Shown here one piece after another: positions 62,435-64,000 of a stretch of DNA of 64,000 nt. Source of the stretch: an uncultured delta proteobacterium (GTDB taxonomy: Bacteria > Desulfobacterota > BSN033 > UBA1163); contig CAVPSJ010000004.1 of NCBI GenBank assembly GCA_963708295.1, positions 736,001 to 800,000 on the forward strand, given 5' to 3'. Numbering within the stretch: position 1 is the stretch's first letter; each line of letters opens with the position of its first letter. The notes beneath the pieces are model-generated. The model was given only the letters and a program-made list of their open reading frames with translations, was not told the origin of the DNA and made no database searches. The position numbers and the translations under genes are program-made.

Positions 62435-63337
62435 ATGGAGCAAGGGGAAAAAACAGTCGATGGGTTTCGGTTTCTTCCGCCCGGGTTAGCTGCGTGGATT
62501 CGAAGATTCATTCCTGACGAAGAATTCAAAGGATTCATTCCCTGGACACCCATGGCCAAACCCTTGAGCCAGACGACGCTTGCTTTGGTGACCAGTGCTG
62601 GGATCAGTTTAAAGACAGATCCTCCTTTTGATATGGGAAGGGAAAAAAGGGAAGCCATCTGGGGTGATCGGTCTTATCGAGCGATACCGAGAGGGACAAC
62701 CGAAAAGGATATCGAAGTGAATCACCTCCATATCAATACGAACTACATCAAACGGGATATCAATGTTATCCTCCCCATGGCTCGAATGGCTGAATTTGAG
62801 GAAGAGAAAATTATCGGCCGCCTTGCGCCCACTGCTTACTCATTTTATGGATTCCAGTGGCAGAATACCGATTTCTTAAAGGAAGCCATCGAACCCATTT
62901 CCAGAAAGATGAAACTTGAAGGGGTCGAGTCAGTCCTTATGACTCCGGCCTGACCTTTCTGCTGTCAGTCGGTCGGACTGGCTGCGAGATTCTTAGAAGA
63001 GGCCGGTTTTTCAACCGTTGTCCTCACACCTACCTATGAATTTCATCGGGCAGTAGGGATTCCGAGATCGGCGGCGATCGAATATCCTTATGGTAGGCCA
63101 GTGGGTGAAGTGGGAGACAGGGAAGGTCAGAGGAAAGTTCTTCTGAAAACTCTTCAAGTACTTGAAAAAGCCGAGCAACCCGGAGAGGTCTGGCATCTTC
63201 CGTTTATCTGGCAGGAAGAACCCAAGAAGACAGATTGGCAACCCCCCGAGATGTCTCCTCTCATCAAGTTCTATTTGGAAGATATTAAGAAAGCCAGAAG
63301 AGAACAGGAAGAACGAGCAGCGAAAACGAAGGATTGA
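62435..63337 (+). CDS. PrdB/GrdB-family reductase selenoprotein B-like protein, 300 aa, Sec at TGA 62951-62953
   Basis: PWTP..KPLS...LALVTSAG, GD.SYR.IP, D.NV..P, then TPA-U-PFCCQSVGLAARFLEEAGFSTV..PR....YPYG.P.G; frame is open to 63337. Confidence 0.88.
62964..62982 (+). promoter_or_regulatory. Candidate bacterial SECIS hairpin
   Basis: GUCAGUC-GGUCG-GACUGGC; the G-led loop lies 17 nt after the UGA. Confidence 0.65.
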
Positions 63338-63556
63338 TTTTGGAGAGAGTGTCAAATCAGGTTCCGGCTAGTTATTTCACCTACTCCTAATTTCAATATA
63401 ACTCCGGCAGCTAACAATTACGGGTAGAAACATGAACAATAAGAAAAGAAAGAACAGTGCTTTCCTTAATCGAAATCCTTGACCATCTCCCGCTTTTCGG
63501 ATCCAGAAAGTTTTATATAACTGCCGGGTAAAATGTTCTATTTAACTTTATCTAAT

Positions 63557-64000
63557 CTATTTTTTCGCTGTTTTTTTATATCTCTGTTGGGATTGTTTTA
63601 TTATTCGAATAGCTGATTCACGATCCTCCCAGCCCTCTACTCCGATTTTTTTCTCCTCCAGCTCCTTGTAGATTGAGAAAAAATGCTCTATTTCTTTCAA
63701 TAGATGCGGAGTGACATCGGAGAGGGACTCTATATGATTCCAAAGTGGGTCGTAAAGAGGAACACAGAGAATTTTTTCATCTGGCCCTTTTTCATCCCGC
63801 ATCTTGAACAATCCCACCGGTTTTGCATCAATGATACAACCTGGGAAGGTGGGTTCCCAGACCAACACAAGAGCGTCAAGAGCATCTCCGTCCAGTGCTA
63901 ACGTTTTCTGGATAAAGCCATAATCAGTTGGGTAATGCACCGGGGAAAAAAGCATTCGATCGAACTTAAGTGTCTTTTTCCCTTTGTCATATTCATATTT
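63557..64000 (-). CDS. ppa: Inorganic pyrophosphatase, family I (5' end outside window)
   Basis: KYEYD, DR.L, YP.DYGF, DGDALD, DEKGPDEK, IEHFF..YK.LE. Confidence 0.96.
   Translation of the reverse strand, partial: KYEYDKGKKTLKFDRMLFSPVHYPTDYGFIQKTLALDGDALDALVLVWEPTFPGCIIDAKPVGLFKMRDEKGPDEKILCVPLYDPLWNHIESLSDVTPHLLKEIEHFFSIYKELEEKKIGVEGWEDRESAIRIIKQSQQRYKKTAKK

Overview
A 64-kb chromosomal segment from a bacterium that looks like a Desulfobacterota (deltaproteobacterial) lineage, judged from gene order and protein motifs only. It spans the replication origin in an unusual order (gyrA 3' end, oriC-like DNA, dnaA, dnaN, gyrB). A long housekeeping block follows: coaE, rho, rpmE, prfA, prmC, murA, his genes interrupted by a divergent kdsA-like gene and a transaldolase, pgpA, pncC, dapA, thpR, recA, a pilT-like gene, alaS, gltX and smc. 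Next is an aryl/organic-acid catabolism and transport island (MFS, iorAB, paaK, DEDDh exonuclease, cNMP-CBS-DUF294 nucleotidyltransferase, Na+/solute symporter with an unannotated 41-aa membrane partner, acyl-CoA ligase, tctA/tctB and three tctC). The end holds larB, a dciA-like gene, metG, a PSP1-family gene, holB, tmk, ilvE, a PrdB/GrdB-like selenoprotein split by an in-frame TGA, and the 3' part of ppa. Most notable: (i) the selenoprotein with a UxxC motif and a SECIS-like hairpin; (ii) many periodic 7-mer/8-mer hairpins and nested micro-palindromes at gene junctions; (iii) the nucleotidyltransferase/exonuclease/symporter module with a candidate leader-peptide attenuator; (iv) the KdsA-like enzyme with KDNRG in place of KANRS. 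Single-base frameshifts in rho, prfA, prmC, pgpA and the DUF294 gene are most likely sequencing errors. No rRNA, tRNA, CRISPR array or transposase was recognised.
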